A DNA stretch of 64,000 nt. Origin: Williopsis jadinii (taxonomy: Eukaryota). The DNA lies in contig AP024665.1 in assembly GCA_024346625.1 (NCBI GenBank), positions 1,178,001 through 1,242,000 of the forward strand. Reading direction: 5' to 3'. The notes under the pieces are model-generated. The model was not told where the DNA came from, made no database searches, and saw only the letters and a list, made by a program, of their open reading frames with translations. Shown in pieces: positions 1-11,297 of the stretch. The translations under genes and the position numbers were made by a program. Position 1 is the first letter of the stretch. Each line of letters begins with the position of its first letter.

Positions 1-2133
1 GTGAAAACCATTGAAAACGCCAGTAGAAATACAAGGTTTGAAACATTCACTGAACAAGAACCTTGTGATACGAGAATCTATGACCGTTGGAAGGAGTACA
101 TGGTTATTGCGAGGTCGACTGGTAATCCTCAACAGCCCATTATCCTTCAATTTCGCACCAAAAGAACCGTTGTAAATTCTGATTCTTCAAACTCCAGTTA
201 TGAAGCACTGAGTGTTACATTGTCTAAGTCTTGCATCGTGAACTTTTACAGTGCATTGGATAGAACCATTGCATTGGTAAAAGGTGACAAGGTCTATATT
301 CTTAGGTGTCAAGTGCCTAGCTCTTCTATTCGATGGCTCAGCTTCTTATCATCCGCAACAGGAGGAAATATTTCCAATATTGTGAAACTAAGCATTCCAT
401 CATTCAACATGGCATTGAATATCAACGTCAATAGAGATTTCTTTCGTAAATTTCTGAAACATTCCCATTCTGGTTTGAAGTTGATTTACACTTCGGACGG
501 TTATATCATCCAGGGTCTTCCCGCAGTTGAATACTTGAGTAAGAAGATTAAAAAGAAGTTGATTCAAGCAGGTTTGGAGAGTAAGATCAAACCATTTGCA
601 CACAAACCTAACGCATATGGCCTCTGTTGGAGGTACTATGATCGACTTGAATGGCTCTTTGGGGAAACCCTCATAAACTTGTTCTGGGAACAGGCAATGT
701 ATCGTACCCATGAGCTTGAGCTGAGGGCAATAACGCATTACCCAAGAACAGTGGATGATCCTCAAGGTAAGATTTTACACGAACAGCCTCCTTTAGAGGG
801 ATTCCTCTTAAGATTGACAACAAAAGAAGGGCAGTTAAAAAGAGGGCCATTGCATAAACAAGTTTTCACTTTTGAGTATTTCTTCACAAGTGGCCATCTG
901 TTATTCTTCAAATCCGCTTACAAGTCATTCCCACCTCTCCCATATTCAGAGAATTTGATGACAAGAACGGATTTACCCGCACAATCACCAATTTTAGAAG
1001 AGATCAAAAGTAATCTCGTTCCTATCTTCACACACAACCCATACACTCTTGATGAAAATAACCATATTGAGTGGCTCAATCCAAATATCTCACCACAAGA
1101 GTTCAAAATGAGGGACAGATTTGCCTTTGCTGCTTTCAAGAGGCGTATTACTTCAATTTCCAATGCATCAAAGGTCTTAAACTTAACCGATGTTCAGTCT
1201 GTTGGTGTATTCGATCCTGTGGATATACCTAAATCTGTTGAAGTAGCAAGCTCTTTCTATTGGGGGTCATCGGATGATCAGAAGAATATCTTGCATCTGG
1301 AAAGAAGTGATACTTATTTCTATATCTCGCTCAAAAATGGTTCAAGAATGGTTTTGAAAGCACCCTCCGTTCAAGTAAGAGATGAATGGGTTCATCGGTT
1401 ACAATACCATGTGAAGTACTGGAGTTTACGGATTCACAAAGATCATCAACTTATCAAAAGCATGAAAGAAACAAATATCGAAAACCTACACATGGACGAG
1501 TTTGCTGAAACTGATACATTTGCATTTGATACAAGATGGGAAAAGAACAATGGGACTTCCAGCACTGAGGTTTATAACGTCACGTCGCTTGCGATGTTTC
1601 GCCCTGTATCATTCTCCGGCTACATCTATCAGAAACCGAAAAAGCATTCAAAGTTCAAAAAGTACTTTGCAACGCTAATCCCAGGTCATCTCATCTTGTT
1701 CAACGTATTTGTGCGTGATATCACTGGTTATGTCAAGCCTATAACACATTACACGAGGTATGCATCAATGCCATTGCGGAACTGTTACATATATTCTGGA
1801 ACGCTATGTGACACCGATCTCTTAGACAGGCTACTTCTACACGACTCTGGTAAGCAAGCTCTTCCAAGAGTGTATGAAGATGGCTGGTTATCTTCGGATG
1901 ATGAATCGAGTCGCTGCTTTACAATTTGGTTTGGCACCAAGCGTGCAATTTCTGGCAGTGCTGTGTCTAACGAGAAGTACAATGGTTTGGAAAACCCTGG
2001 CTTGCTCCACATGGTTAGGAAACTAGGGGTAACGGGAAGAAGCATGGTGTTTATGTGTCGTTCACGTCAGGAACGAGACTTGTGGCTCACCAATCTATAC
2101 GCTGATCTCGAGAGATTTGGACGTTCCCGGTGA
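1..2133 (+). CDS. SPO71: Sporulation PH-domain protein Spo71/Mug56, C-terminal part (5' end outside the window)
   Basis: 710-aa open frame from the window edge. It has tandem PH-like segments ending in W-helices (VRDEWVHRL; RSRQERDLWLTNL) and the family-type segment LPRVYEDGWLSSDDESSRCFTIWFG. It lies near ARX1/TVP15/BMH, as in S. cerevisiae (recalled synteny). Confidence 0.8.
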   Translation: MKTIENASRNTRFETFTEQEPCDTRIYDRWKEYMVIARSTGNPQQPIILQFRTKRTVVNSDSSNSSYEALSVTLSKSCIVNFYSALDRTIALVKGDKVYILRCQVPSSSIRWLSFLSSATGGNISNIVKLSIPSFNMALNINVNRDFFRKFLKHSHSGLKLIYTSDGYIIQGLPAVEYLSKKIKKKLIQAGLESKIKPFAHKPNAYGLCWRYYDRLEWLFGETLINLFWEQAMYRTHELELRAITHYPRTVDDPQGKILHEQPPLEGFLLRLTTKEGQLKRGPLHKQVFTFEYFFTSGHLLFFKSAYKSFPPLPYSENLMTRTDLPAQSPILEEIKSNLVPIFTHNPYTLDENNHIEWLNPNISPQEFKMRDRFAFAAFKRRITSISNASKVLNLTDVQSVGVFDPVDIPKSVEVASSFYWGSSDDQKNILHLERSDTYFYISLKNGSRMVLKAPSVQVRDEWVHRLQYHVKYWSLRIHKDHQLIKSMKETNIENLHMDEFAETDTFAFDTRWEKNNGTSSTEVYNVTSLAMFRPVSFSGYIYQKPKKHSKFKKYFATLIPGHLILFNVFVRDITGYVKPITHYTRYASMPLRNCYIYSGTLCDTDLLDRLLLHDSGKQALPRVYEDGWLSSDDESSRCFTIWFGTKRAISGSAVSNEKYNGLENPGLLHMVRKLGVTGRSMVFMCRSRQERDLWLTNLYADLERFGRSR

Positions 2134-2214
2134 TTAATACACAGATCCGATGTACGCTACAAAGTAACCATAAACACTTCTGTACATTTCTATAGCTCTT
2201 TTGAAAGGAGAGTC

Positions 2215-3996
2215 TTAGTCCAATGCCATTTGTTCTGCTTTCTGCGGGTTGTTCAAAACGTTCTGCAATTTCAGTGGTTGAGTCTCCTTGATGTTGATAC
2301 CAAATCTTCTATCCTGGCCCAATTGAATGAGTTCCAGGGCACCTTGAATCAGTGGCTTCTGGTTGTTGAGCTGGAAGTTGGAATGAACCCATGATGGTTT
2401 GGAGGTCTTCGACCCACCTGTCAATCTGAGAACCTCTGGCTTACCACCTGAAGAAATGCCCTGTTGAATGAGGACAACAGTGGACTGTTCTCTTGCAACA
2501 GGGATATCTAGGGAGTTCTTCTTCAAGAGGGACTTGAGTTTTAGTGAGGAGACACCAAGACGAGGTAATGGCAGTTCCAATCCTGGTAGTGTTGGGTTCT
2601 CGGCATCATATCCACGGGCACCTGTTGGGTTTGCAGCATTGAGTATAAAGTGCAATGGCAAGAACTTGACGGTTTGTACAGAGCGAGCCACTGTCAAATG
2701 GTGGTTTGTGATCTCAGATAAACCGAGACGAGATGATTTGATATCCTTCTTGATTGCATCAATCTCAGGTTTCAAAGACTCAGGTCCGTTGGAGTGCAAT
2801 TGCTTCAAGTCAATTGGGAAAGAGTCTGACAAGTGAGCGAGCTTGAATGGGTAAACAGATCTTGTCTTGTCGATCTTAGTGAGCGTTTGTCTTGACGTTT
2901 TGAGCTTCAAAGTATGTTGCATGGCAAAATCTCTCACGTATATACTTGGCTTGATGTTGAGAGCATCTTTGTCGTGGTTCTTACCAGTATATCCATCCAA
3001 GGTTTGGATGGTCACCAAACCAACTTCGTTGAACTCAGCGATAGGAGCCATTTTTAAGTCAACAACGTACACTTCACCAGGTGCAACAACAAATTCGTCT
3101 GTTGGAATAGCTGAGTGTTGGCTAACACCTGTATTCTTGATCGACTTCTCAACTTTGATCAACTCTTGCGAAGTAGAAGCCTTCTCCAAGAGAGAAGCCT
3201 CTTGATCAGCCTCAGTCCATGCAACACCTTTGTATTCTTTCTCTGCAACGATACCCTCTGATTGGCCTGCTAAGAATCTTCTGATACGACGGACACGAGA
3301 TCCTGGAACAACAACACACTTGAACGAGGTTGCAATCTCGTCGACAACTTTACGGATTAAAGTACCTGTTATAACGTTTGAATTGTTATTGGACTGCTTG
3401 AGAATCGCTGGAAGTTTCTCTGGCGTGAGTGCAGCACCCAACAAAGCAACCACTGCTTCATTGGCAATGTGGGCAGCGATAACAGCATCAGCCTTTGGTC
3501 CAAGCAATGGTCCAGTTGGGCGTAGCTCACCATCAACTAGTTCACCTGGAGGATAAATGACTAAGGTGTGGGACAAATTGGCAGTGTAACCATCAACATG
3601 GCACCCTAATGAGATCGTCACGATGTCACCTGGCTGGAAGAATTGGAACGAGTTTGACTCATCGTCAATCTCAGGACTGAAGCCAACATTGACATTGTTC
3701 ACATCGATAGTGACAGGCTGCGCAATACCCTTCTCATTAACACTGTTGGAGCCTTTGCTGTACACTGTTTCCAAGCTGGAAGCCATGAAGGAGTCACCGA
3801 GAAGACATATCTCAGCAGACGTGAGCTTTGGTCCCTGGTTCAAGTGGTAACTGTCATTGATGATCTTCGTGATGTAGGTCAGAGTAGTCTGTGCAACCTG
3901 GCCGGCGAGTCTATACTTGTCTAAAACGGCCGTGTCGATGACGTTCTTGGTCTTGAGCAAGATATCCTGGTCCTGTGGAGCAATAGCGAGTTCCAT
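2215..3996 (-). CDS. ARX1: Pre-60S export factor Arx1 (MetAP/PA2G4-like fold)
   Basis: 593 aa with LDKYRLAGQVAQT, GDIVTISLGCHVDGYT and RRIRRFLAGQSEGIVAE motifs. An RRPE element lies upstream. Confidence 0.9.
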   Translation of the reverse strand: MELAIAPQDQDILLKTKNVIDTAVLDKYRLAGQVAQTTLTYITKIINDSYHLNQGPKLTSAEICLLGDSFMASSLETVYSKGSNSVNEKGIAQPVTIDVNNVNVGFSPEIDDESNSFQFFQPGDIVTISLGCHVDGYTANLSHTLVIYPPGELVDGELRPTGPLLGPKADAVIAAHIANEAVVALLGAALTPEKLPAILKQSNNNSNVITGTLIRKVVDEIATSFKCVVVPGSRVRRIRRFLAGQSEGIVAEKEYKGVAWTEADQEASLLEKASTSQELIKVEKSIKNTGVSQHSAIPTDEFVVAPGEVYVVDLKMAPIAEFNEVGLVTIQTLDGYTGKNHDKDALNIKPSIYVRDFAMQHTLKLKTSRQTLTKIDKTRSVYPFKLAHLSDSFPIDLKQLHSNGPESLKPEIDAIKKDIKSSRLGLSEITNHHLTVARSVQTVKFLPLHFILNAANPTGARGYDAENPTLPGLELPLPRLGVSSLKLKSLLKKNSLDIPVAREQSTVVLIQQGISSGGKPEVLRLTGGSKTSKPSWVHSNFQLNNQKPLIQGALELIQLGQDRRFGINIKETQPLKLQNVLNNPQKAEQMALD

Positions 3997-4090
3997 GATG
4001 CTGAAATACAGAGAATGCTATGGGTAATGGATCCTTTGATTGACAACACTTGGATACAAATCATAGGTTAGAAAGTTGTATAAGCAAAAA

Positions 4091-4145
4091 AAAATTTCAC
4101 ACTGCAGCGCAGGGCATCGGTCGGGGCAGTATATTGGTCACGTGA
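4091..4145 (-). promoter_or_regulatory. RRPE element (TGAAATTTT on minus strand, 4091-4099) and Cbf1/bHLH site GTCACGTGA (4137-4145) upstream of ARX1
   Basis: Direct motif matches about 100-150 bp upstream of a ribosome-biogenesis gene. Confidence 0.6.
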
Positions 4146-4177
4146 TCTGGGCCCAAGATGGATTTGCAAAAAAATGA

Positions 4178-4258
4178 CGACAACTGCAGGATTCGAACCT
4201 GCGCGGGTAAACCCAAAAGATTTCTAATCTTTCGCCTTAACCACTCGGCCAAGTTGCC
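4178..4258 (-). tRNA. tRNA-Ser(AGA), intronless, long variable arm
   Basis: Reverse complement is GGCAACTTGGCCGAGTGGTTAAGGCGAAAGATTAGAAATCTTTTGGGTTTACCCGCGCAGGTTCGAATCCTGCAGTTGTCG. A and B boxes and anticodon AGA are present, with an oligo-T terminator at 4168-4174. Confidence 0.97.
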
Positions 4259-4750
4259 CTAATGTTGAAAGATGAAGTTCCTGCTGAAAGTGTTGTTGTG
4301 CATGTGCAGACATTGGTGATGTTGGTGGGTGTTAGCTACTTGGTGCTATTCACTCTAGGGCTACAACTTCGGCAACTCTTGCACTGCTTGTAGTGAGAGG
4401 ATGATAGGTGTTGTGAGCTGTGTATTTTTGCTAATTCTCGGAGTAAGTCTCAAGGAAGAGCCTCTCCTTGTAAACCTTTTCATGATCGGCTTGTGCTCTA
4501 TGTACTTAAGCCGATAGTGGTCGCCATACGATGTGACAGGTTACGAACTTCAACATGTCAAACTGTGAGGTGCCACCACTGCCAGGAACCCATACTGTTC
4601 TTTTCTCCGTATATATATATATATATATAACAACTATTCGATACACTTCAACTATTTCACCGTTCCAATTCTAAATCATAGCACAATGCAGTTTCTCCTC
4701 AAGAGCTATTTCTATATGGAGCAGCAAAATACAATTCTCTATATTACATC

Positions 4751-6715
4751 TCAAACTCCAGTGGAGCCGTATCTCGCTGCCCATTCTTCAAATCTTTTCA
4801 GTGTCTCTGGCGCAACACTTCTTCTAATCACCCTCATGGCCTTTTCGAAATCCTCAAGACATAGTCCACGAATCTGTGAATAATCAATACTCATGAGGTT
4901 TTCCCCCAGATCCCTGATTGGTTCCATTGCAGCTTCTTTTGCCAATGCAGTGATATCAGAGTTGGAATAACCCTTTGTCTGATTTGCAATGATTATGAAA
5001 TCGGTCTCTGACAAGGAGCTCTTCTGAGACTGACACAGCTTCCGTAACTGTGCTAATCTTGTATCAAACTCTGGTAATGGGATGTACAATCTTCTAGAGA
5101 ATCTTCTTCTTGCAGCTTCATCAATGGCCCATGGAAGATTTGTAGCTGCAAGGACCAATACCCTTGGTTTATCGTCACCGTCTTCTCTGGCAGTAGAAGA
5201 CGACAAGCCGGACCATTGAATGAGAAACTCAGTCTTTACCCTTCTTGAGGATTCGTTTTCACCATCGCCTCTGGCTGTTAATAACGAATCTATTTCATCA
5301 AAGAAGATAATCGAAGGTGATAACCTCTTTGCCATGTAGAACAAGGCTCTTATGAGCTTTTCAGATTCTCCAAGATACTTAGAGAGTAACGACGATGCAC
5401 TTATACTGAAAAAGGTCGATTGTGATTCATTAGCTACTGTCTTTGCAATCATTGTCTTTCCTGTGCCAGGTGGTCCAAAGAGCAGCATACCGGTAACCGG
5501 TTCTCTCAATCCTTTAAATAGATCAGGTCGTAAAAACGGATAAACCACCGTTTCCTTTAATGACGTCTTCGCAGCTTCCAACCCAGCTAGATCATCCCAG
5601 TGTAGCTTTTCACCTTGGAACAAAATCTCATCCAAGATTTGTTCACAAGCTCCACGATCAACGCCCTGTAACTCATCCATCACTTTCTCGATTCTTGTGT
5701 CAGAATAAACCTTCTTCTTCTGTGGTGGATCATTTGGATTTGGTGATCTAGCGACGACATTACCCTCCGTCTGTGGTATTGGAACTTTCTTCTTTCTCTG
5801 AGCAGAACTCGAGGATGGAGGTGGACTCTTACTTCTATGCACAGGGGTCAAATTGATCTGCGTGTTCACTGTGGGTTGGACATATTCATACTTTCTTCTC
5901 GCATTTGTATGAATTGGCGAAGCTGACCGTATAGGTGGTGTCACTCTGCGCGTGCTCGTAGAATGTGTATGAGCATGAGAAGAGCTGTTCTCATGATTTG
6001 CGGAATTCTCTTGCCATGCAAGCACGGCAGCCTGTGAGATTGTCAAGTCAATGGATTTTGGACGATCCTTTCGATGGCTTGGGGCTTTTCTTTGGATATC
6101 TAATGACCTTCTAGGAAGTTCTAACGAACATCTTGCTCTAGTAATGTCTGCAGTTGCCTTGGAGCTGGAGGCTGAAACGACTCTTTGAGGTTTAGCTGGC
6201 TTTTTGAACTCTTCCACGTTCCGAAGTTTAGGTGATAAAGCCTTCTGGCCAGTAGCATCTTTCGTGCCACTGCTACTCTTGCCGTTGCTGCTGTCTGTAG
6301 CAGTACTGCTGGCCCTTCCGTTGCTTCCACTGTTGCTGTTACTCTTCCTAGGGAAAGCAGACATGAAAGAAGAGTAGCTTCTCGCATTCCGCTGAGTCTC
6401 ATCGCTCAGTATAAGAGGCTCCTGTGCTTTCAGCCTCTGCACAACGTTGTTTCTTCTCTCCAGGACTTTACCTCTCAGCCTGAGTAACGAGTCCCACGAT
6501 ACCCTATCAAGAGGTGACAATGACGAGGACTTCAAATGTCCCGGGTTGTACTGCTGTTGCATGGACTTAATCTCGTTGTCTGTCACCAGTAGCAGAGCAT
6601 CGTACACCGTCAACGCCTCTTCATCCCTCTGTGTGATCTCAAGCGTGATGATCTCCGACAGTTGTGAAGTAACAGAGTCATAAACCTGTTGCACAGCTTG
6701 CTGTAATGTCTGCAT
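4751..6715 (-). CDS. Spastin/fidgetin-type AAA+ ATPase (Yta6/Sap1 family)
   Basis: Walker A GPPGTGKT, Walker [10 protein letters not shown] and [19 protein letters not shown]. The start is moved from the TTG at 6793 to the first ATG (MQTLQQ, 6715). Confidence 0.88.
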   Translation of the reverse strand: MQTLQQAVQQVYDSVTSQLSEIITLEITQRDEEALTVYDALLLVTDNEIKSMQQQYNPGHLKSSSLSPLDRVSWDSLLRLRGKVLERRNNVVQRLKAQEPLILSDETQRNARSYSSFMSAFPRKSNSNSGSNGRASSTATDSSNGKSSSGTKDATGQKALSPKLRNVEEFKKPAKPQRVVSASSSKATADITRARCSLELPRRSLDIQRKAPSHRKDRPKSIDLTISQAAVLAWQENSANHENSSSHAHTHSTSTRRVTPPIRSASPIHTNARRKYEYVQPTVNTQINLTPVHRSKSPPPSSSSAQRKKKVPIPQTEGNVVARSPNPNDPPQKKKVYSDTRIEKVMDELQGVDRGACEQILDEILFQGEKLHWDDLAGLEAAKTSLKETVVYPFLRPDLFKGLREPVTGMLLFGPPGTGKTMIAKTVANESQSTFFSISASSLLSKYLGESEKLIRALFYMAKRLSPSIIFFDEIDSLLTARGDGENESSRRVKTEFLIQWSGLSSSTAREDGDDKPRVLVLAATNLPWAIDEAARRRFSRRLYIPLPEFDTRLAQLRKLCQSQKSSLSETDFIIIANQTKGYSNSDITALAKEAAMEPIRDLGENLMSIDYSQIRGLCLEDFEKAMRVIRRSVAPETLKRFEEWAARYGSTGV

Positions 6716-7192
6716 GGCGAAGGGTCCAGCGGAAGCGATTCTCGATGAATAGCACGGGTTTTTGATACACAACAGTGCTTTCTCTATGTTCAAATGGCCT
6801 TCTCTTCACGTTGCTAAAGCAGAAACGGACTTCTTCTAAACAAAGATGGAATTGAAAACAATAACAATAACAACAACAACAACAACAACGACAGCAGCAG
6901 CAGCATCAAATAAACGAGGACAAGACGCTTTGCGCCAGCGAAAAACAAATGCGAAAAACACGGCTGCGATGCCCAATTCCGTCAACAAATGTCCCGAAAG
7001 AGTAAATGTCGGTTGCAGTCACCTGACTGGCCTCCTCGGAACTCGAAATGGACGAATTTCCGCTTTTTTTTTCGTTTTGTATGTCGGCGGGAGGACGAAG
7101 CTCAAAGCACAAAAATACACAGAGCTCACCCTCAAAAGTACCAAAACAAAGCAGAAAAGACCAGGAAAACAGAGACAACTCACACACGCAAG

Positions 7193-8599
7193 ATGATTCC
7201 AGTGCGCTCTGTTGCTCTCAGAGCTCTCAGAACGAGTGCTCTGACGACCAGCAAGCCGATGTACTCCAGTGGTGTTGCCAGGGCGTTCACCACGTCGAGA
7301 TTTGCTCTTAATGACTCGAAGAAGAACAAGCAGGAGCCAAAGTCGATCTTGGACGAGGACATGCTGTTTAAGGCTGGTGTTGACGTCGAGAGCGAGCCAA
7401 GTGCAAAGGCACAAGGCGAGTCGTCTGGTGCTGACGGCGCCGATGGTGCTGAAGGCTCTGAAGGTGAGCAGGCGCAGAAGAAGAGACGCTCTGTGCAGAG
7501 CTCCACGGATAAGAAGAGAGAGAGGGCTGCGAACCTGTTTTATCTGGGGTTCTTCGCCACTGGGTTAGGTGGAGCTGCGTACCTTGCCAGAAACTGGGAA
7601 GAGGATGAGGATCCAAAGATCAAAGAGGACATTCCAAACGGTTACTCTGCTGATTTGTTGTGGAAGAGACTGAGAGCAAGATTCAACTCAATCTTCACCT
7701 ACTTCCAGGAGCCTCCATTCCCAGATCTCTTGCCAGACTCACCACCAGAGCCTTACAAGCGTCCTCTGACGCTTGTGCTCACTTTGGAAGACCTGTTGAT
7801 CCACAGTGAATGGTCCCAGAAGAACGGCTGGAGAACTGCAAAGAGACCAGGTGTCGATTACTTCTTGGCTTACCTATCCCAGTACTATGAGATTGTTCTC
7901 TTCAGTTCAAACTACATGATGTACTCTGAAAAGATTGTTGAAAAGTTGGACCCACTTCGTGCTTACATCTCATACCAGTTGTACAAGGAACACTGCTTGT
8001 ACAAAGATGGTGCCCATATTAAGGACCTGTCGAAATTGAACAGAGATATCTCTAAGGTTGTTATTGTCGACGTTAGTGACGACTCCATCAAGCTACAACC
8101 TGAGAATGCCATCAAGTTGCCACCTTGGGAGGGACAAGCCGACGATGAGTTGATCAAGTTGATTCCATTCTTTGAGTACTTGGCCACTCAACAGATCAAG
8201 GATGTTAGACCTGTCTTGGCTTCTTTCCACGATAAAGCTCACATTCCGGAGGAATTTGAACAAAGAGTTGAAAAGCTGCGTGCTGAATTTGAAAAGGACC
8301 AAGAGAAGAAGGCTTCTACAAATTTCTTGAACAAGCTATTAGGTTTGCCAGTGATGAAGCAGAAGTTCCCATTGGATGCAATTCATGATGAAGGTATCAA
8401 GAACTATCAACACTTCTTGAAATTGATTAAAGAGGAAGAGGCTAAACTCAAAGCACAAGCTGAGATGCCAAAGGAAACCTTCAAGATTAAGGACTTAGTC
8501 GAAGGTAACATCCCAAGTCAAGAAGAGATGATGAAGAGACAGATGGAGAAGCAAGCTGAATTTGAAAGACAACAACAACAAGCTACTGCTAAGGCATAA
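7193..8599 (+). CDS. TIM50: Mitochondrial import receptor Tim50
   Basis: Presequence-like start MIPVRSVALRALR (ATG 7193), one TM segment and a NIF/FCP1-like domain (LTLVLTLEDLLIHSEWSQKNGWRTAKRPG). Confidence 0.95.
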   Translation: MIPVRSVALRALRTSALTTSKPMYSSGVARAFTTSRFALNDSKKNKQEPKSILDEDMLFKAGVDVESEPSAKAQGESSGADGADGAEGSEGEQAQKKRRSVQSSTDKKRERAANLFYLGFFATGLGGAAYLARNWEEDEDPKIKEDIPNGYSADLLWKRLRARFNSIFTYFQEPPFPDLLPDSPPEPYKRPLTLVLTLEDLLIHSEWSQKNGWRTAKRPGVDYFLAYLSQYYEIVLFSSNYMMYSEKIVEKLDPLRAYISYQLYKEHCLYKDGAHIKDLSKLNRDISKVVIVDVSDDSIKLQPENAIKLPPWEGQADDELIKLIPFFEYLATQQIKDVRPVLASFHDKAHIPEEFEQRVEKLRAEFEKDQEKKASTNFLNKLLGLPVMKQKFPLDAIHDEGIKNYQHFLKLIKEEEAKLKAQAEMPKETFKIKDLVEGNIPSQEEMMKRQMEKQAEFERQQQQATAKA

Positions 8600-8746
8600 G
8601 AAAAGAGACATGACGTATGAATTGTTTGTTTGATTGATTGCTTTTTCCCCCAGGGGTTTCTCCTATGTATGTAAAAGATACAAAGAATTTTCCATGTATA
8701 TAATTAGAAAGGCTCTGCTCGTAAAACGCTTCTTCTTTGTAACAAT

Positions 8747-9373
8747 TCAGATGATATCCTCCTCATCGTTATCCTCAAGGACATGACCATGAGCTTTGAA
8801 GTTCTCTGGTGGCTCAATGCTTGGGATGAACTCAAGTACAGCGTATACAATACCAATAACAACGATGAGAAAGCCAAACACGATTCTAATGGCATTGCCC
8901 CCTTGTGCTATCAAGACACCAATCAGGACATAGACTGTAAATAACAGGTTAGTTTCTTCCTTCTCTTTGAAACGACACGTCTTCACGGTATTACTCACAA
9001 ACACCACGCCCTAAGAACGAGAAGAGGAAAGAGGCGTAGTGGTAAGCCAATGGCGGGATGATGAACTCAAGCCCACCAATAGCAACACCAAACGCAATGA
9101 GGTAAAGGCCTAAGAAGAAGGCAGCACTGATCGTCGTTAGTACTTTCAACAAGCCTCTTGAAGATTCCTCCCATGTTTACACCATACTCACACTCCTGAA
9201 AGCAACTGAGTCAATCCTAAGATGGCCTACAGAGCAATGACGGCACGTTGTTAGTCTTAAAAGCTCTCCATATTCCTCAGAGCAAGATGAGCAAGGCAAC
9301 ACTCAGGAGCACTCACAGAGATACCACCAACGGTGAGGTTAACAATCTTGAAGACTCCACTGAGATCGGACAT
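8747..9373 (-). CDS. TVP15: Golgi/COPI-associated membrane protein Tvp15, 4 exons (9373-9317, 9226-9192, 9126-8999, 8934-8747)
   Basis: Three introns with GTGAGT donors, (G/T/A)ACTAAC branch points and YAG acceptors. Splicing gives a continuous frame MSDLSGVFKIVNLTVGGISAILGLTQLLSGVAAFFLGLYLIAFG...YASFLFSFLGRGVFYVLIG...LEFIPSIEPPENF. It is adjacent to BMH. Confidence 0.88.
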
Positions 9374-10261
9374 AATCACTCAAGGTAATGTTTAAAGTAT
9401 ATGTTGCTGAGTCGTTATTACAGAGACTCAGCACCAATTAGTTCAGTGTGATTGATTGAAATGTAATGTGCTGTTGGCTAGCCACAGTACTGTGAACGTT
9501 ACCCCTGTGTGGAGCCTTTCCGCGGGAAAATGAAAGATGCATTAAGATAATATAATTTATAATGTTTATAGGATAGTAATTATAATTATACTGCTATGGG
9601 CTACAAGTCCAACACAAGGTGCTTTAATCTTCAGACAAGAGACAAAAATCTGTATAAAAGACAACAACCCCTGTGCGAGGTGTATTTTATATAGGTAAAC
9701 TGAACTAAACTGGTTAGCCTGTGTATAAGCAGAACAAATGGAAATCAAAATAAGACGAGAGGAGACAAAAAGGAACACTTCGAGAAAACAACCCCAGCGG
9801 GGTGAAGTTGAGTGGTATAGATGTAATAATGACAAGTGGTGGAAAGATTTGGGAGATGGATTGCAAGAGAGAGAGACCAATGACAGGAAGAAAGGAAACA
9901 GAAACAACCAAGAAGAGTACAGAAGGTAAATCAAATAGAAGAAAATAACATAGGAAGTTAAAAAGACAACAAAATAACATCAAGAGTGTGTAGAATCTAT
10001 TGGAAGAAACCTCCTCTTTGGCAGTATATCAATATAGGAATGGAGCCTTTTCTAAAACGTTGAAACAAAGAAAAAGATGAATTCCTTCTCAAGTTGCTAG
10101 ATCTTTGACAAGGACACCTACCTCCCCTGCCCCCACTGTTTTCCTTCTCTTCCACTTCCTATACATCAAGATCATATCGGTTCACTTTCTCTCTTTCTCT
10201 TTCTCGCTCTCCACCTATATCCTTCCCATCTTCCTTGTAACCATTTCCCCAAACATCAGAT

Positions 10262-11038
10262 TTATTCCTCGTCAGCCTTGGCATCAGCTGGCTTCTCCTC
10301 AGCTGGGGCATCTTCTTGACCAGCTTCAGACATATCAGAAGTCCACAAGGTCAAGTTATCACGAAGCAATTGCATGATCAATGTAGAATCCTTGTAAGAC
10401 TCCTCGCTCAAGGTATCTAGCTCAGCAATGGCATCATCGAAAGCTTGTTTGGCCAAATGGCAGGCACGGTCTGGAGAGTTGAGAATCTCATAGTAGAAAA
10501 CAGAGAAGTTCAAAGCCAAACCGAGACGGATTGGGTGAGTTGGTGGCAACTCTGTGACAGCAACATCAGAAGCAGCCTTGTAAGCCTCTAATGACAAATC
10601 AGCAGCCTCTTTACGTCTATCGTTGGTGGCAAACTCAGCCAAATAACGGTGGTAGTCACCCTTCATCTTGTAATAGAACACCTTTGATTCACCAGTAGCG
10701 GCGGATGGAATCAAATGGTTTGTCAATACAGACAAGATATCGTCACAGATCTTGGTCAGCTCAGTCTCAATCTTGGCTCTGTATTCACGGATCAAGGCAA
10801 CTTGTGCTTCGTTACCCTTAGCCTCCTCCTTTTGTTCAATAGAGGAAACAATTCTCCAAGAGGCACGACGAGCACCAATGACGTTCTTGTAAGCAACGGA
10901 CAAAAGGTTACGCTCCTCAACAGAAAGCTCTTGACCAGAAGAAGCAACGGCCTTCATGTTCTCGACCATTTCCTCATAACGCTCAGCTTGTTCAGCGAGC
11001 TTGGCCAAATAAACGGAATCCTCACGCGAAAGAGACAT
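10262..11038 (-). CDS. BMH2: 14-3-3 protein (Bmh1/Bmh2 family)
   Basis: Canonical 14-3-3 sequence ([44 protein letters not shown]). Confidence 0.97.
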   Translation of the reverse strand: MSLSREDSVYLAKLAEQAERYEEMVENMKAVASSGQELSVEERNLLSVAYKNVIGARRASWRIVSSIEQKEEAKGNEAQVALIREYRAKIETELTKICDDILSVLTNHLIPSAATGESKVFYYKMKGDYHRYLAEFATNDRRKEAADLSLEAYKAASDVAVTELPPTHPIRLGLALNFSVFYYEILNSPDRACHLAKQAFDDAIAELDTLSEESYKDSTLIMQLLRDNLTLWTSDMSEAGQEDAPAEEKPADAKADEE

Positions 11039-11052
11039 TTTTAATGTTTGTG

Positions 11053-11297
11053 CTATTCAATGGTGTTAGTAAACCTAACCTCAGAATGTATAGAATGTAG
11101 AGAAAAAGGAGGCTGTCCAATGGTAATCATTCATCGATTCACTGAGCTTCAAAGATTGATCTGTCGTTTTCCCTTAGAGCAATGCAAAGATCATAGCTTT
11201 CTTCAACGCCTCTATCCAAGATCAAAACAAAATCAGGATATAACTTCCCTTCATTCTCCCTCCCATCCACAATCGACAATCACCTCATGCAACTCAC
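11053..11297 (-). other. Spliceosomal intron in the 5' UTR of the 14-3-3 gene
   Basis: TACTAAC at 11071-11065 and a TAG acceptor at 11055-11053, 14 nt before the ATG. The nearest donor is GTGAGT at 11297-11292; an alternative GTATGT lies at 11563. Confidence 0.72.

Noticed and set aside
4263..4555. Possible solo LTR upstream of tRNA-Ser (TGTTGAA...TTCAACA ends, ~293 bp)
   Set aside because: The flanks CCTAA and TGTCA are not a target-site duplication. The left end is explained by the leader motif shared with tRNA-Ala, and there is no second copy or retroelement ORF in the window.
6989..7192. N-terminal extensions of track ORFs (TIM50, MRPL38, KRE9, ALG6, MNN2/5, AAA ATPase, MFS)
   Set aside because: They run through promoter or leader sequence, mostly from non-ATG codons. 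Family-like sequence begins at the downstream ATG.
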